A DNA stretch of 34,999 nucleotides, from contig JAJTCR010000001.1 of NCBI GenBank assembly GCA_021325695.1, forward strand, positions 1 to 34,999, given 5' to 3'. This stretch comes from Steroidobacteraceae bacterium. GTDB lineage: Bacteria > Pseudomonadota > Gammaproteobacteria > Steroidobacterales > Steroidobacteraceae. Below the pieces are notes generated by a model. It made no database searches, had not been told where the DNA came from, and saw only the letters and a program-made list of their open reading frames with translations. This document shows, one piece after another, positions 23,531 to 31,269 of the stretch; the first letter of the stretch is position 1, and every line of letters begins with the position of its first letter. The position numbers and the translations under genes were made by a program.

Positions 23531-23688
23531 GGAAAGTGGTCAGTGGCTAGTGGCTAGCGGTTAGTAGGAGGTGCCCCGATGGACGTCAAGCTCGTCACTG
23601 CCATGAAGGCGCGCTCGCCTTGACCGCCTTACCGAAGCTCTCTGTCCGCGTGCTCCTGTTCACCAGCCACTAGCCACTAGCCACTTCC
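23531..23688. repeat. Intercistronic hairpin element with ~40-nt inverted arms made of tandem GTGGCTA-type heptamers
   Basis: The left arm (23531-23571) reads GGAAAGTGGTCA GTGGCTA GTGGCTA GCGGTTA GTAGGAG. The right arm (23653-23688) is its inverted copy. The perfect 14-bp core is 23542-23555 paired with 23665-23678, and about 34 bp pair in total including GU pairs. The element starts 1 nt after the gatA stop and ends at the base before the gatB ATG. Confidence 0.6.
23579..23623 (+). CDS. Speculative 14-codon mini-ORF (MDVKLVTAMKARSP) in the loop of the gatA-gatB hairpin
   Basis: AGGAGGTG (23566-23573) is perfectly complementary to the 16S rRNA 3' tail. It lies 7 nt (counted from AGGAGG, 23566-23571) upstream of the ATG at 23579. 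The stop TGA is at 23621-23623. The ORF is too short to judge coding potential. Confidence 0.2.
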   Translation: MDVKLVTAMKARSP

Positions 23689-25125
23689 ATGAACTGGGAA
23701 ACCGTCATCGGCCTCGAGATCCACGCGCAGCTCGCCACGCGCAGCAAGATTTTCTCGGGCTCCCCGACCGCGTTCGGCGCCGAGCCGAACACGCAGGCCA
23801 ACCTGGTCGACCTCGGGTACCCCGGCGTGCTGCCGGTGCTGAACGCCGAGGCGGTGCGCATGGCGATCCGCTTCGGCGTCGCGACGGGCGCGAAGGTCGC
23901 GCGGCGTTCGGTCTTCGCGCGGAAGAATTATTTCTACCCGGACCTCCCCAAGGGCTACCAGATCAGCCAGTACGAGCGTCCCGTCGTCGAGGACGGCTCG
24001 CTCGACATCGTGCTCGACGACGGCACGCGCAAGACCATCGGCATCACGCGCGCGCACCTCGAGGAGGACGCGGGCAAGTCGCTGCACGAGGATTTTCACG
24101 GGCTCTCCGGCATCGACCTGAACCGCGCCGGCACGCCGCTGCTCGAGATCGTGTCGGAGCCGGAACTGCGCTCGGCCAGGGAAGCCGTGGCGTACATGAA
24201 GAAGATCCACACGCTGGTCCGTTACCTCGACATCTGCGATGGCAACATGCAGGAGGGCTCGTTCCGCTGCGATGCAAACGTGTCCGTGCGCCCGGTCGGC
24301 CAGGCCGAGTTCGGCACGCGTGCCGAGATCAAGAACCTGAACTCGTTCCGTTTCGTCGAACGCGCGATCAACTACGAGATCGAGCGCCAGATCGAGTTGA
24401 TCGAGGGTGGCGGCACGGTCGTGCAGGAAACGCGCCTCTACGACCCGGACAAGGGCGAAACACGCCCGATGCGCTCGAAGGAAGAGGCGAACGACTACCG
24501 TTACTTCCCGGACCCCGACCTGCTGCCGCTCGCGATCGAAGAGGCGACCATCGACGAGGTGCGCCGCTCGATGCCAGAGTTGCCGGACGAGAAGGCCAGG
24601 CGATTCGTCCGCGAGCACGGCTTGTCCGACTATGACGCGGGCGTGCTCACGGCGAGCAAGGAACTCGCGCAGTACTACGAGACGGTCGTCGCGGAACTCG
24701 GCAGTCAGGCCAAGCTCGCGGCCAACTGGGTCATGGGCGACCTCGCCGGGGCGCTCAACCGGGACAACCTCGACGTCACGCAGAGTCGCGTGAGCGCCGG
24801 CTCGCTCGCGGGGCTGTTGACGCGGATCGTCGACGATACGATCTCGGGCAAGATCGCCAAGGAAGTCTTCGAGGCGATGTGGTCCGAAGGCCGCGACGCC
24901 GACGCAATCATCGAAGCGAAGGGGCTCAAGCAGATCACCGACACCTCGGCGATCGAGCGGGCGATCGAAGACGTCATGTCGAGGAACCCGGGGCAGCTTG
25001 CCGAGTACCGCTCAGGCAAGGACAAGCTCTTCGGTTTCTTCGTAGGGCAGGTGATGAAAGCCACGGGAGGCAAGGCGAACCCTGGCCAGTTGAATGAGCT
25101 GTTGAAGCGCAAGTTGTCGGGCTGA
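23689..25125 (+). CDS. gatB: Glu/Asp-tRNA amidotransferase subunit B
   Basis: [15 protein letters not shown] ... [13 protein letters not shown] ... canonical GatB through the C-terminal YqeY-like domain. 478 aa. Confidence 0.95.
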   Translation: MNWETVIGLEIHAQLATRSKIFSGSPTAFGAEPNTQANLVDLGYPGVLPVLNAEAVRMAIRFGVATGAKVARRSVFARKNYFYPDLPKGYQISQYERPVVEDGSLDIVLDDGTRKTIGITRAHLEEDAGKSLHEDFHGLSGIDLNRAGTPLLEIVSEPELRSAREAVAYMKKIHTLVRYLDICDGNMQEGSFRCDANVSVRPVGQAEFGTRAEIKNLNSFRFVERAINYEIERQIELIEGGGTVVQETRLYDPDKGETRPMRSKEEANDYRYFPDPDLLPLAIEEATIDEVRRSMPELPDEKARRFVREHGLSDYDAGVLTASKELAQYYETVVAELGSQAKLAANWVMGDLAGALNRDNLDVTQSRVSAGSLAGLLTRIVDDTISGKIAKEVFEAMWSEGRDADAIIEAKGLKQITDTSAIERAIEDVMSRNPGQLAEYRSGKDKLFGFFVGQVMKATGGKANPGQLNELLKRKLSG

Positions 25126-25145
25126 TCCCCAAAACGCGCGCAGCG

Positions 25146-25172
25146 CCTCCTACCATCCGCTAGCCACCAGAC
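25146..25172. repeat. Third, inverted partial copy of the gatA-gatB heptamer element
   Basis: Positions 25146-25172 (CCTCCTACCATCCGCTAGCCACCAGAC) match the reverse complement of 23545-23571 at 23 of 27 positions without gaps. The match includes the exact blocks CCTCCTAC and CCGCTAGCCAC. It lies between the gatB stop and the fumarase ATG. Confidence 0.5.
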
Positions 25173-25186
25173 ACCCGGGTCTCGTC

Positions 25187-26719
25187 ATGGCCACCACGAT
25201 CAGGGAAGAAGACTTCATCCAGAGCGTCGCCGACGCGCTGCAGTTCATTTCGTACTACCACCCGATCGACTACATCGAGCACCTCGGTCGCGCCTACGAG
25301 CGCGAACAGAGCCCCGCCGCGAAGGACGCGATCGCGCAGATCCTGACGAATTCGCGCATGTGCGCCGAGGGCAGGCGCCCGATCTGCCAGGACACCGGCA
25401 TCGTCAACTTGTTCCTCAAGGTGGGGATGGGCGTGCGCTGGGACACGCAACGCAGCCTGGGCGACCTGGTCAACGAGGGCGTGCGGCGCGCGTACGGCCA
25501 TCCCGACAACACGTTGCGTGCCTCGGTCGTCGATGACCCGCTGTTCGCGCGGAAAAACACCGGGGACAATTCCCCGGCCGTGTTCCACGTCGAGCTGGTG
25601 CCGGGCGAGGAAGTCGAGGTGACGGTCGCCGCGAAGGGCGGCGGCTCGGAGAACAAGTCGAAGTTCGTGATGCTGAACCCGAGCGACTCGATCGTCGACT
25701 GGGTGCAGAAGACGGTGCCCACCATGGGTGCCGGCTGGTGCCCGCCCGGGATGCTCGGGCTCGGGGTCGGCGGCACGGCCGAGAAGGCCATGCTGCTCGC
25801 CAAGGAAGCGCTGATGGAGCCGATCGACATGCACGAACTGCTCGCGCGCGGCCCGCGCGACAAGGCCGAGGAACTTCGCATCGAGCTCTACGAGAAGGTC
25901 AACGCGCTCGGCATCGGTGCGCAGGGGCTCGGTGGCCTCACGACCGTGCTCGACGTGAAGCTCAGGCTGTACCCCACGCACGCGGCCTCGAAGCCGGTCG
26001 CCATGATTCCGAACTGCGCCGCCACGCGCCACGCGCACTTCGTGCTCGACGGCCGCGGTCCTGCCGTGCTCGAGCCGCCTTCGCTCGAGCACTGGCCCAA
26101 AGTCACCTGGAGCGCCGGCGGCACGTCGCGGCGCGTGAACCTCGACACGCTGACGCGCGAGGAAGTGCAGGGTTGGAAGCCGGGCGAGACGTTGCTGCTC
26201 AACGGGAGGATGCTCACGGGCCGCGACGCCGCGCACAAGCGGATCGCCGACCTGTTCGCGAGCGGCGAGGGCCTGCCGGAAGGCGTCGACTTCACGAATC
26301 GGGCCATCTATTACGTGGGCCCGGTCGACCCGGTGCGGGACGAGGTGGTCGGGCCCGCGGGCCCGACGACCGCGACGCGCATGGACAAGTTCACCGACAT
26401 GATGCTCGAGAAGACCGGCCTGATCGTGATGATCGGCAAGTCCGAGCGCGGGCCTGCCGCGATCGAGTCGATCCGCAGGCACAAGGCGGCGTACCTGATG
26501 GCCGTCGGCGGTGCGGCCTACCTCGTCTCGAAGGCGATCAAGTCCTCGCGCGTGGTTGCGTTCGGCGACCTCGGCATGGAGGCCATCTACGAGTTCGACG
26601 TCAAGGACATGCCGGTCACCGTTGCCGTCGACGCGCGGGGCACGTCCGTGCACGACACGGCGCCCGCGCAGTGGGCGGACAGGATCCGCACGCTCGACAT
26701 TCCCGTGCGCGTGGCCTAG
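25187..26719 (+). CDS. fumA: Fumarate hydratase, class I (Fe-S, fused alpha/beta type)
   Basis: A 510-aa product with CQDTGIV, KGGGSENKS and the C-terminal beta-domain block GPTTATRMD ... GKSERG, typical of class I Fe-S hydro-lyases. Confidence 0.9.
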   Translation: MATTIREEDFIQSVADALQFISYYHPIDYIEHLGRAYEREQSPAAKDAIAQILTNSRMCAEGRRPICQDTGIVNLFLKVGMGVRWDTQRSLGDLVNEGVRRAYGHPDNTLRASVVDDPLFARKNTGDNSPAVFHVELVPGEEVEVTVAAKGGGSENKSKFVMLNPSDSIVDWVQKTVPTMGAGWCPPGMLGLGVGGTAEKAMLLAKEALMEPIDMHELLARGPRDKAEELRIELYEKVNALGIGAQGLGGLTTVLDVKLRLYPTHAASKPVAMIPNCAATRHAHFVLDGRGPAVLEPPSLEHWPKVTWSAGGTSRRVNLDTLTREEVQGWKPGETLLLNGRMLTGRDAAHKRIADLFASGEGLPEGVDFTNRAIYYVGPVDPVRDEVVGPAGPTTATRMDKFTDMMLEKTGLIVMIGKSERGPAAIESIRRHKAAYLMAVGGAAYLVSKAIKSSRVVAFGDLGMEAIYEFDVKDMPVTVAVDARGTSVHDTAPAQWADRIRTLDIPVRVA

Positions 26720-26785
26720 GGCCCGTGGCACCCGGCGCTGCAGCGTCGCAACTCATGACCTCCGGTACGGACAGGCCATAGCCGC

Positions 26786-27703
26786 GTGGCGGAGGTCGAC
26801 ACGCTGCGACGGTTCGTGTTCGAGCGGTACCCGTTCCGGGGGCAGCTCGTGCACCTCGGCCCGGCTTGGGCCGCCATGATGGAGCACCACGACTATCCGC
26901 CGCAGGTGCGCGATACGCTCGGCGAAGCCGTGGCCGCGACCGCGCTGCTCGCCTCGACGCTCAAGTTCCAGGGCCTGCTGGCGTTGCAGCTCCGTGGCGA
27001 GGGTCCGATGCACCTGATGCTGGTCGAGTGCACCGAGGGCCTCGCCATGCGCGCGGTGGCGCGGTTCCGCGAGGTGCCGGACACGCGCGACCTGCGCGAG
27101 CTGTCCGGCTACGGCACGCTCACCGTCACGGTGGAAAACGAAGGCGCCAGCAACCGCTACCAGGGCATCGTGCCGCTCGCGGGCGGCTCGATGAGCGAAT
27201 GCCTGCGTGAGTATTTCGAGAGTTCCGAGCAGTTGCCGACGCGACTGTGGCTGCGCGCCGACGGGACCAGCGCGAGCGGGTTGTTGCTGCAGCGTCTTCC
27301 GGTCTCGGCGCGGCCGACCGGCGTCACGGAGTCCGGCCGGGGCGGCGTCGCGGAGGACGAGATCGAGGACGCGTGGCGCCGCGTGCAGCTCGTGGCGGAC
27401 ACGGTCACGGCCGACGAACTCGCGCAGCTGGACGACCGCGACCTGCTGCGGCGACTCTTCGCCGAGGACGACGTCCGGATGTTCCAGTCGGTGCCGACGT
27501 ATTTCCGCTGCCGATGCTCACGCGCCCGCGTCGGCAACATGCTGCGCGCGCTCGGTCGCGAAGAAGTCGATTCGGTGCTCGCGGAGTTCGGGCAGGTCGA
27601 GGTACGTTGCGAGTTCTGCAGCCGCGCGTATCGATTCGACGCCGTCGACGCGGCCGCGCTGTTCGTGCCCGGTGGCGACGCGCACGGTGGCGGCGTGCAC
27701 TGA
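26786..27703 (+). CDS. hslO: Hsp33 redox-regulated chaperonin
   Basis: The Hsp33 N-domain pattern is present (RGQLVHL ... LLASTLKFQG.L.LQ). The C-terminal zinc switch is CRCS ... CEFCSRAYRF (CxC...CxxC). GTG start at 26786. Confidence 0.9.
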   Translation: MAEVDTLRRFVFERYPFRGQLVHLGPAWAAMMEHHDYPPQVRDTLGEAVAATALLASTLKFQGLLALQLRGEGPMHLMLVECTEGLAMRAVARFREVPDTRDLRELSGYGTLTVTVENEGASNRYQGIVPLAGGSMSECLREYFESSEQLPTRLWLRADGTSASGLLLQRLPVSARPTGVTESGRGGVAEDEIEDAWRRVQLVADTVTADELAQLDDRDLLRRLFAEDDVRMFQSVPTYFRCRCSRARVGNMLRALGREEVDSVLAEFGQVEVRCEFCSRAYRFDAVDAAALFVPGGDAHGGGVH

Positions 27704-27720
27704 CACCGGGCAAGCCGGTG
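27704..27720. terminator. Weak candidate bidirectional hairpin between convergent hslO and the CPBP gene
   Basis: CACCGG-GCAAG-CCGGTG forms a 6-bp stem with a 5-nt loop, directly after the hslO stop and 7 nt from the CPBP stop. There is no U-tract on either side. Confidence 0.2.
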
Positions 27721-27727
27721 CGAGCCG

Positions 27728-28402
27728 TCAGGCGCCGAGTCCCGGATAGCGTCCGAGATAGATCAGCACGAACGCCACGGTGTTCGACACGCCGTGCGCG
27801 ATGATCGGCGCGAGCAGGTTGCGCCCGGTGGCGAGGAACAGCAGGCCGAGCAGCAGGCCGCTCAATCCCTCCTGGAGCCAGCCCGCGATCCCCTGCTCGG
27901 TGTGACCCCACCCGAACAACACGCTGGTCGAAACCAGCGAGGCGCCCCAGGCCAGGCGGCCGGAGCCGAGCAGGCGCGCGACGCGGTGCATCAGGAAGCC
28001 GCGGAAACACAGTTCTTCGCCGACGGCCGCCAGCGTCCACGACAACGCGAGGAACGCGAGCAGCAGCGGAACGTTTCCCCTGATGGCCGCGAACGAGGTG
28101 TAATCGGGTTCCGTCCCGAACCAGCCGCTGATCATCGGCGTCGTCACCGCGACCGCGAAACCCTCCATCAGGATGCCCGCGGCCAGGCCGATCATGATCG
28201 CGCGCCCCGGCCGTTCCGGCAGCGTGAACCCGATCGACCGCCACGGCTCGCGCCGCACCCGCAACGCCAACCACACGAGCGGCACGAGGAAGAGCGTTTG
28301 CGAGATCGGCAGGAGCCCCGCGGCATCGGCGGCCACGAGTGCGGCGAACGCCGCAATCTCGAGCACGAACCCGGCTTTCCGTGCGTCCATCGCCTCCGGC
28401 AT
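27728..28402 (-). CDS. CPBP-family (CAAX/Abi) intramembrane glutamic metalloprotease
   Basis: The protein is polytopic and all three CPBP motifs are intact: EELCFRG (EExxxR), FGWGH (FxxxH) and HGVSN (HxxxN). The start is uncertain (ATG 28402 or 28390). The longer TTG 28489 version has poor GC3 where it overlaps the upstream gene. Confidence 0.75.
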   Translation of the reverse strand: MPEAMDARKAGFVLEIAAFAALVAADAAGLLPISQTLFLVPLVWLALRVRREPWRSIGFTLPERPGRAIMIGLAAGILMEGFAVAVTTPMISGWFGTEPDYTSFAAIRGNVPLLLAFLALSWTLAAVGEELCFRGFLMHRVARLLGSGRLAWGASLVSTSVLFGWGHTEQGIAGWLQEGLSGLLLGLLFLATGRNLLAPIIAHGVSNTVAFVLIYLGRYPGLGA

Positions 28403-28430
28403 CACGCGGGCCGCGCGGTCTTCCCGTGGA

Positions 28431-29303
28431 TCACGACGATGTTGCGGCCGCCGGTTCATGGCGTTCCCGCCAATGCCGCTTGCCCGCAAGCGCCCGTTCG
28501 TACTCGGGGCGGCTCAGGATGTTTTCATCGAGCTGCATGTCGGTCGCGCAGTAGCTGCGAAAAAACTCCTCGGCGGCTGCGGGTGACGCGAGCACGTGGT
28601 CGCGGATGTAGTTGACATCGATGTTCATGCAGATGGCACCGACGATGCCGTGCGGTTCGCGCAGGATCGGGACGGTGGTGCACTTGAAGCGCCGCGCCCC
28701 GATCTCGAGCCCGTAGTTCAGTTTGTCCTGGTTCAGCGCACGCCGCCGCTTGAGGTCGATGACCAGCTTCGTCGTGCTCATGCCCTCGACCCGGCCCGTT
28801 ACTTCACCGCCCTGGATGCAGGTGATCGAGCGCGACGGATTGACCAGGTCGTGCAGCAGGATCTCGATGCCCATGCCGCGGAACGTCGCGCCGAACAAGC
28901 GCACGATGCGTCGGTAGTTCTCGAGGTATTCGCTGCTGTCGGCCAGCACCTGCTGGCCCTGGTACCGCGTGTACAGCTTTTCGTATGCCGCGAGCGCCTC
29001 CGGCGACAACTGGTACCGCACGCCGTTCTGTTCGCCGATCACGATCATCTGGCTCGCCGCGGTGGCGTCGGCGTGCCGCAGCAGGTGCCGGACGCCGCGC
29101 GTGAATTGCTCCAGCGAGAACTGCGGGAAGCCGTCGGCGTCGTTCGCGAACGGGTAGAAGTCGTACTGCTCGAGGTTGCGGCCGTGCAACTGGCGTCGCA
29201 CCCGCCACCGGCCGACGAGATAGCCGACCGCGAACAGGACCAGCGATACGAGCAGGTTGATCCCGATGTCTCGAGCCAGCGAGGCGAAAGTCGATTCGGC
29301 CAT
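28431..29303 (-). CDS. Membrane-anchored protein with a YheO/DauR-like PAS domain and no HTH
   Basis: From the ATG at 29303 the TM helix is [17 protein letters not shown], followed by RWRVRRQ. Two blocks match YheO-like PAS (PF08348) from memory: [26 protein letters not shown] and [28 protein letters not shown]. The protein ends about 55-60 aa later without a helix-turn-helix. Confidence 0.7.
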   Translation of the reverse strand: MAESTFASLARDIGINLLVSLVLFAVGYLVGRWRVRRQLHGRNLEQYDFYPFANDADGFPQFSLEQFTRGVRHLLRHADATAASQMIVIGEQNGVRYQLSPEALAAYEKLYTRYQGQQVLADSSEYLENYRRIVRLFGATFRGMGIEILLHDLVNPSRSITCIQGGEVTGRVEGMSTTKLVIDLKRRRALNQDKLNYGLEIGARRFKCTTVPILREPHGIVGAICMNIDVNYIRDHVLASPAAAEEFFRSYCATDMQLDENILSRPEYERALAGKRHWRERHEPAAATSS

Positions 29304-29365
29304 GCCCACCCCCGACGGTCCAGATCGTGCAAATCCTAGCCTCATTCCGGTCAGTGCCCTCGGGC

Positions 29366-29393
29366 TGGACAAGTATAAAAATATCTTTATATT
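29366..29393 (+). promoter_or_regulatory. Candidate sigma70 promoter of sahR-metF-metH (TGGACA-16 nt-TATATT), implying a leaderless or near-leaderless sahR mRNA
   Basis: TGGACA lies at 29366-29371 and TATATT at 29388-29393. The sahR ATG is at 29402, only 8 nt after the -10 box. There is no Shine-Dalgarno in between. Confidence 0.35.
29374..29391. promoter_or_regulatory. 18-bp AT-only palindrome TATAAAAAT|ATCTTTATA, candidate SahR/ArsR-type operator
   Basis: The perfect 6-bp inverted repeats TATAAA and TTTATA are separated by 6 nt, and 8 of 9 half-site positions are symmetric. This is the only long AT-only tract I noticed in the window. It overlaps the candidate -10 box and lies in the 98-nt divergent spacer between sahR and the YheO-like gene. 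Confidence 0.45.
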
Positions 29394-29401
29394 CGGAACC
29401 G

Positions 29402-30316
29402 ATGGAGTCGTCCTTTCACCAGCTCGTGGAATCGCTGCGCGCCAGCGCCGAGCCGTCGCGGCTGCGCCTGCTGGCGACCCTGGCCAGGGGCGAGTTCTCG
29501 GTGACGGAACTCACGCAGGTCCTCGGGCAAAGCCAGCCCCGCGTTTCGCGGCACCTGAAGCTGCTGTGCGACGCAGGGCTGCTCGAGAAATTCCGCGAGC
29601 AGCACTGGATCTATTACCGCGTGCCGGCCGACGTGGCGGCGCGTGCGCTGGTCGAGACATTGCTCGACCGCATCGACCCGGCCGACCCGACGCTCGAGGC
29701 CGATCGCGCCCGCGTCGAGACGGTGCTCGAGGATCGACACGGCATCGCCGGCGATCCCGACGGTCGCGGGGCGGACGCGCCCGATCCGGTCGAACTGGCC
29801 GCGGCCCTCGGTGGGGAACTCGGCGACCGCGGGCGCGCGGCGCTGTTCTATTTCGGCCGTTCGCCCGGCGCGGTGCTGCAGGCGATCGCGTCCCGGGCGC
29901 GTCGAGTCGTCGGCATGCACGGCTCGCGACACGAGGTGCAGCGGGCACGTGCGTTGCTGCACGCACGGGGCTTGAGTCACTGCGCGCTGCAGCAAGGCGA
30001 CTTGCGGAACGTGCCGCACCCGTCGGCCGACTTCGACACCGTCGTGCTCGATCGTGCGCTGGCCGAACAGGCCCGGCCTGTCGACGCCCTGCGCGAGGCC
30101 GCGCGCCTGCTCAACGACGGCGGCGAGGTGATCGTGGCAGAGGACTACGACGCACTGGTCGAGCGCGCCGAGGGCGCGAACCCGCTCGCGACCCTGAAAG
30201 CATGGCTCGCACAAGCGGGACTGGTCTGCGGGCGCCTGCATCCCGTCGACCTCGACGGCCGACACATCGTCCTGGCCGTCGCGCAAGCCGGCGGCCTGGT
30301 CGCCGTCGCGGCCTGA
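29402..30316 (+). CDS. sahR: ArsR-family winged-HTH fused to a class I SAM-methyltransferase-like domain (SahR-type regulator of the methionine/SAM cycle)
   Basis: The N-terminus is ArsR wHTH: [46 protein letters not shown]. The C-terminal ~170 aa has a methyltransferase-like layout ([11 protein letters not shown] ... [10 protein letters not shown]). The gene lies directly upstream of metF-metH, as described for SahR. Confidence 0.75.
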   Translation: MESSFHQLVESLRASAEPSRLRLLATLARGEFSVTELTQVLGQSQPRVSRHLKLLCDAGLLEKFREQHWIYYRVPADVAARALVETLLDRIDPADPTLEADRARVETVLEDRHGIAGDPDGRGADAPDPVELAAALGGELGDRGRAALFYFGRSPGAVLQAIASRARRVVGMHGSRHEVQRARALLHARGLSHCALQQGDLRNVPHPSADFDTVVLDRALAEQARPVDALREAARLLNDGGEVIVAEDYDALVERAEGANPLATLKAWLAQAGLVCGRLHPVDLDGRHIVLAVAQAGGLVAVAA

Positions 30317-30343
30317 ACCGACGTCCCTGGAGGGAACACCACC

Positions 30344-31269
30344 ATGACCTCCGCCGGCGCTGCCGCCCCATACTCGACTGCGACCACGACCGAGGCGCCC
30401 GTCCGTGTGTCGTTCGAATTCTTTCCGCCCAACGACGACGCAATGGAACAGACGCTCTGGGCATCCCTCCAGCGGCTGGCGCCGCTGTCACCGCATTTCG
30501 TCTCGGTCACCTACGGCGCAGATGGCTCGACGCGCGAGCGCACGCACAACGTCGTCACGCGCATCCTGCGCGAGACGGCGCTCACGCCCGCGCCGCACCT
30601 GACCTGTGTCGGCGCCCCGCGAGGAGAGGTGCTGGACGTCGCCCGCTCGTACTGGGACGCGGGCGTCCGCCACGTCGTCGCGCTGCGCGGCGATCCGCCC
30701 GCGGGGCAGGCCGGTTACGTACCACACCCCGACGGCTTCGCGTATGCGGTCGACCTCGTGCGCGGCCTTCGTTCGGTCGGCGACTTCGACATCTCCGTGG
30801 CGGCCTACCCGGAAACGCATCCGGAGGCGCCGAGTGCGCAATTCGATCTCGACAACCTGCGCTCGAAAGTCGACGCCGGGGCGACGCGGGCGATCACCCA
30901 GTTCTTTTTCGACACGGATCTTTTCCTGCGCTTCCGCGACCGGTGCGCGGCCGCCGGCATTCGCGCAGGCATCGTGCCGGGCATCCTCCCCATCACGCGC
31001 TTTCCGCACATGCTCAAGTTCGCGCGACGTTGCGGCACTGCGGTCCCCGACTGGCTCGTGCGACGCTTCGACGGGCTCGAGGACGATGCCGAGACACGCC
31101 GCATGATCGCGGCGAGCTTCGCGATCGAGCAGGTACGCCGCCTGCAGGAGCACGGCGTGCAGGATTTCCACTTCTACACGCTCAACCGCTCGGAGTTGAC
31201 CGTCGCGATCTGCCACGCGCTCGGCGTGCGCGCGCCGTCGAACGTCGCGTCCCGCGCGACGGTGGAGGC

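Noticed and set aside
23536-23570. The tandem 7-nt repeats were considered as a possible CRISPR-like or phase-variable simple-sequence tract.
   Set aside because: The units are only 7 nt, have no spacers, and number about five degenerate copies, so this is not a CRISPR array. The tract is intergenic and the copies are imperfect, so slipped-strand phase variation of a reading frame is unlikely.
24974-25156. A 60-aa minus-strand ORF that begins inside the third repeat copy, next to a minus-strand GGTAGGAGG.
   Set aside because: It lies antisense to the gatB 3' end. It has poor GC3 and a non-protein-like composition. The ATG lies inside the purine tract rather than downstream of it.
29304-30343. 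I searched for an SAH riboswitch or cobalamin riboswitch upstream of metF and metH.
   Set aside because: The only untranslated stretches are 98 nt (mostly promoter and palindrome) and 27 nt (the SD of metF). These are too short and lack the conserved GC-rich pseudoknot or B12-box features I would expect. Regulation appears to be protein-based (SahR-type).
29257-31269. The track ORF 29257..34980 (1907 aa) suggests a giant N-terminally extended MetH.
   Set aside because: The first ~670 codons are an R/A/P/G-rich out-of-frame read through sahR and metF, both of which have clear motifs in their own frames. Canonical MetH begins at [10 protein letters not shown]... (31270), with an ATGA overlap to metF.
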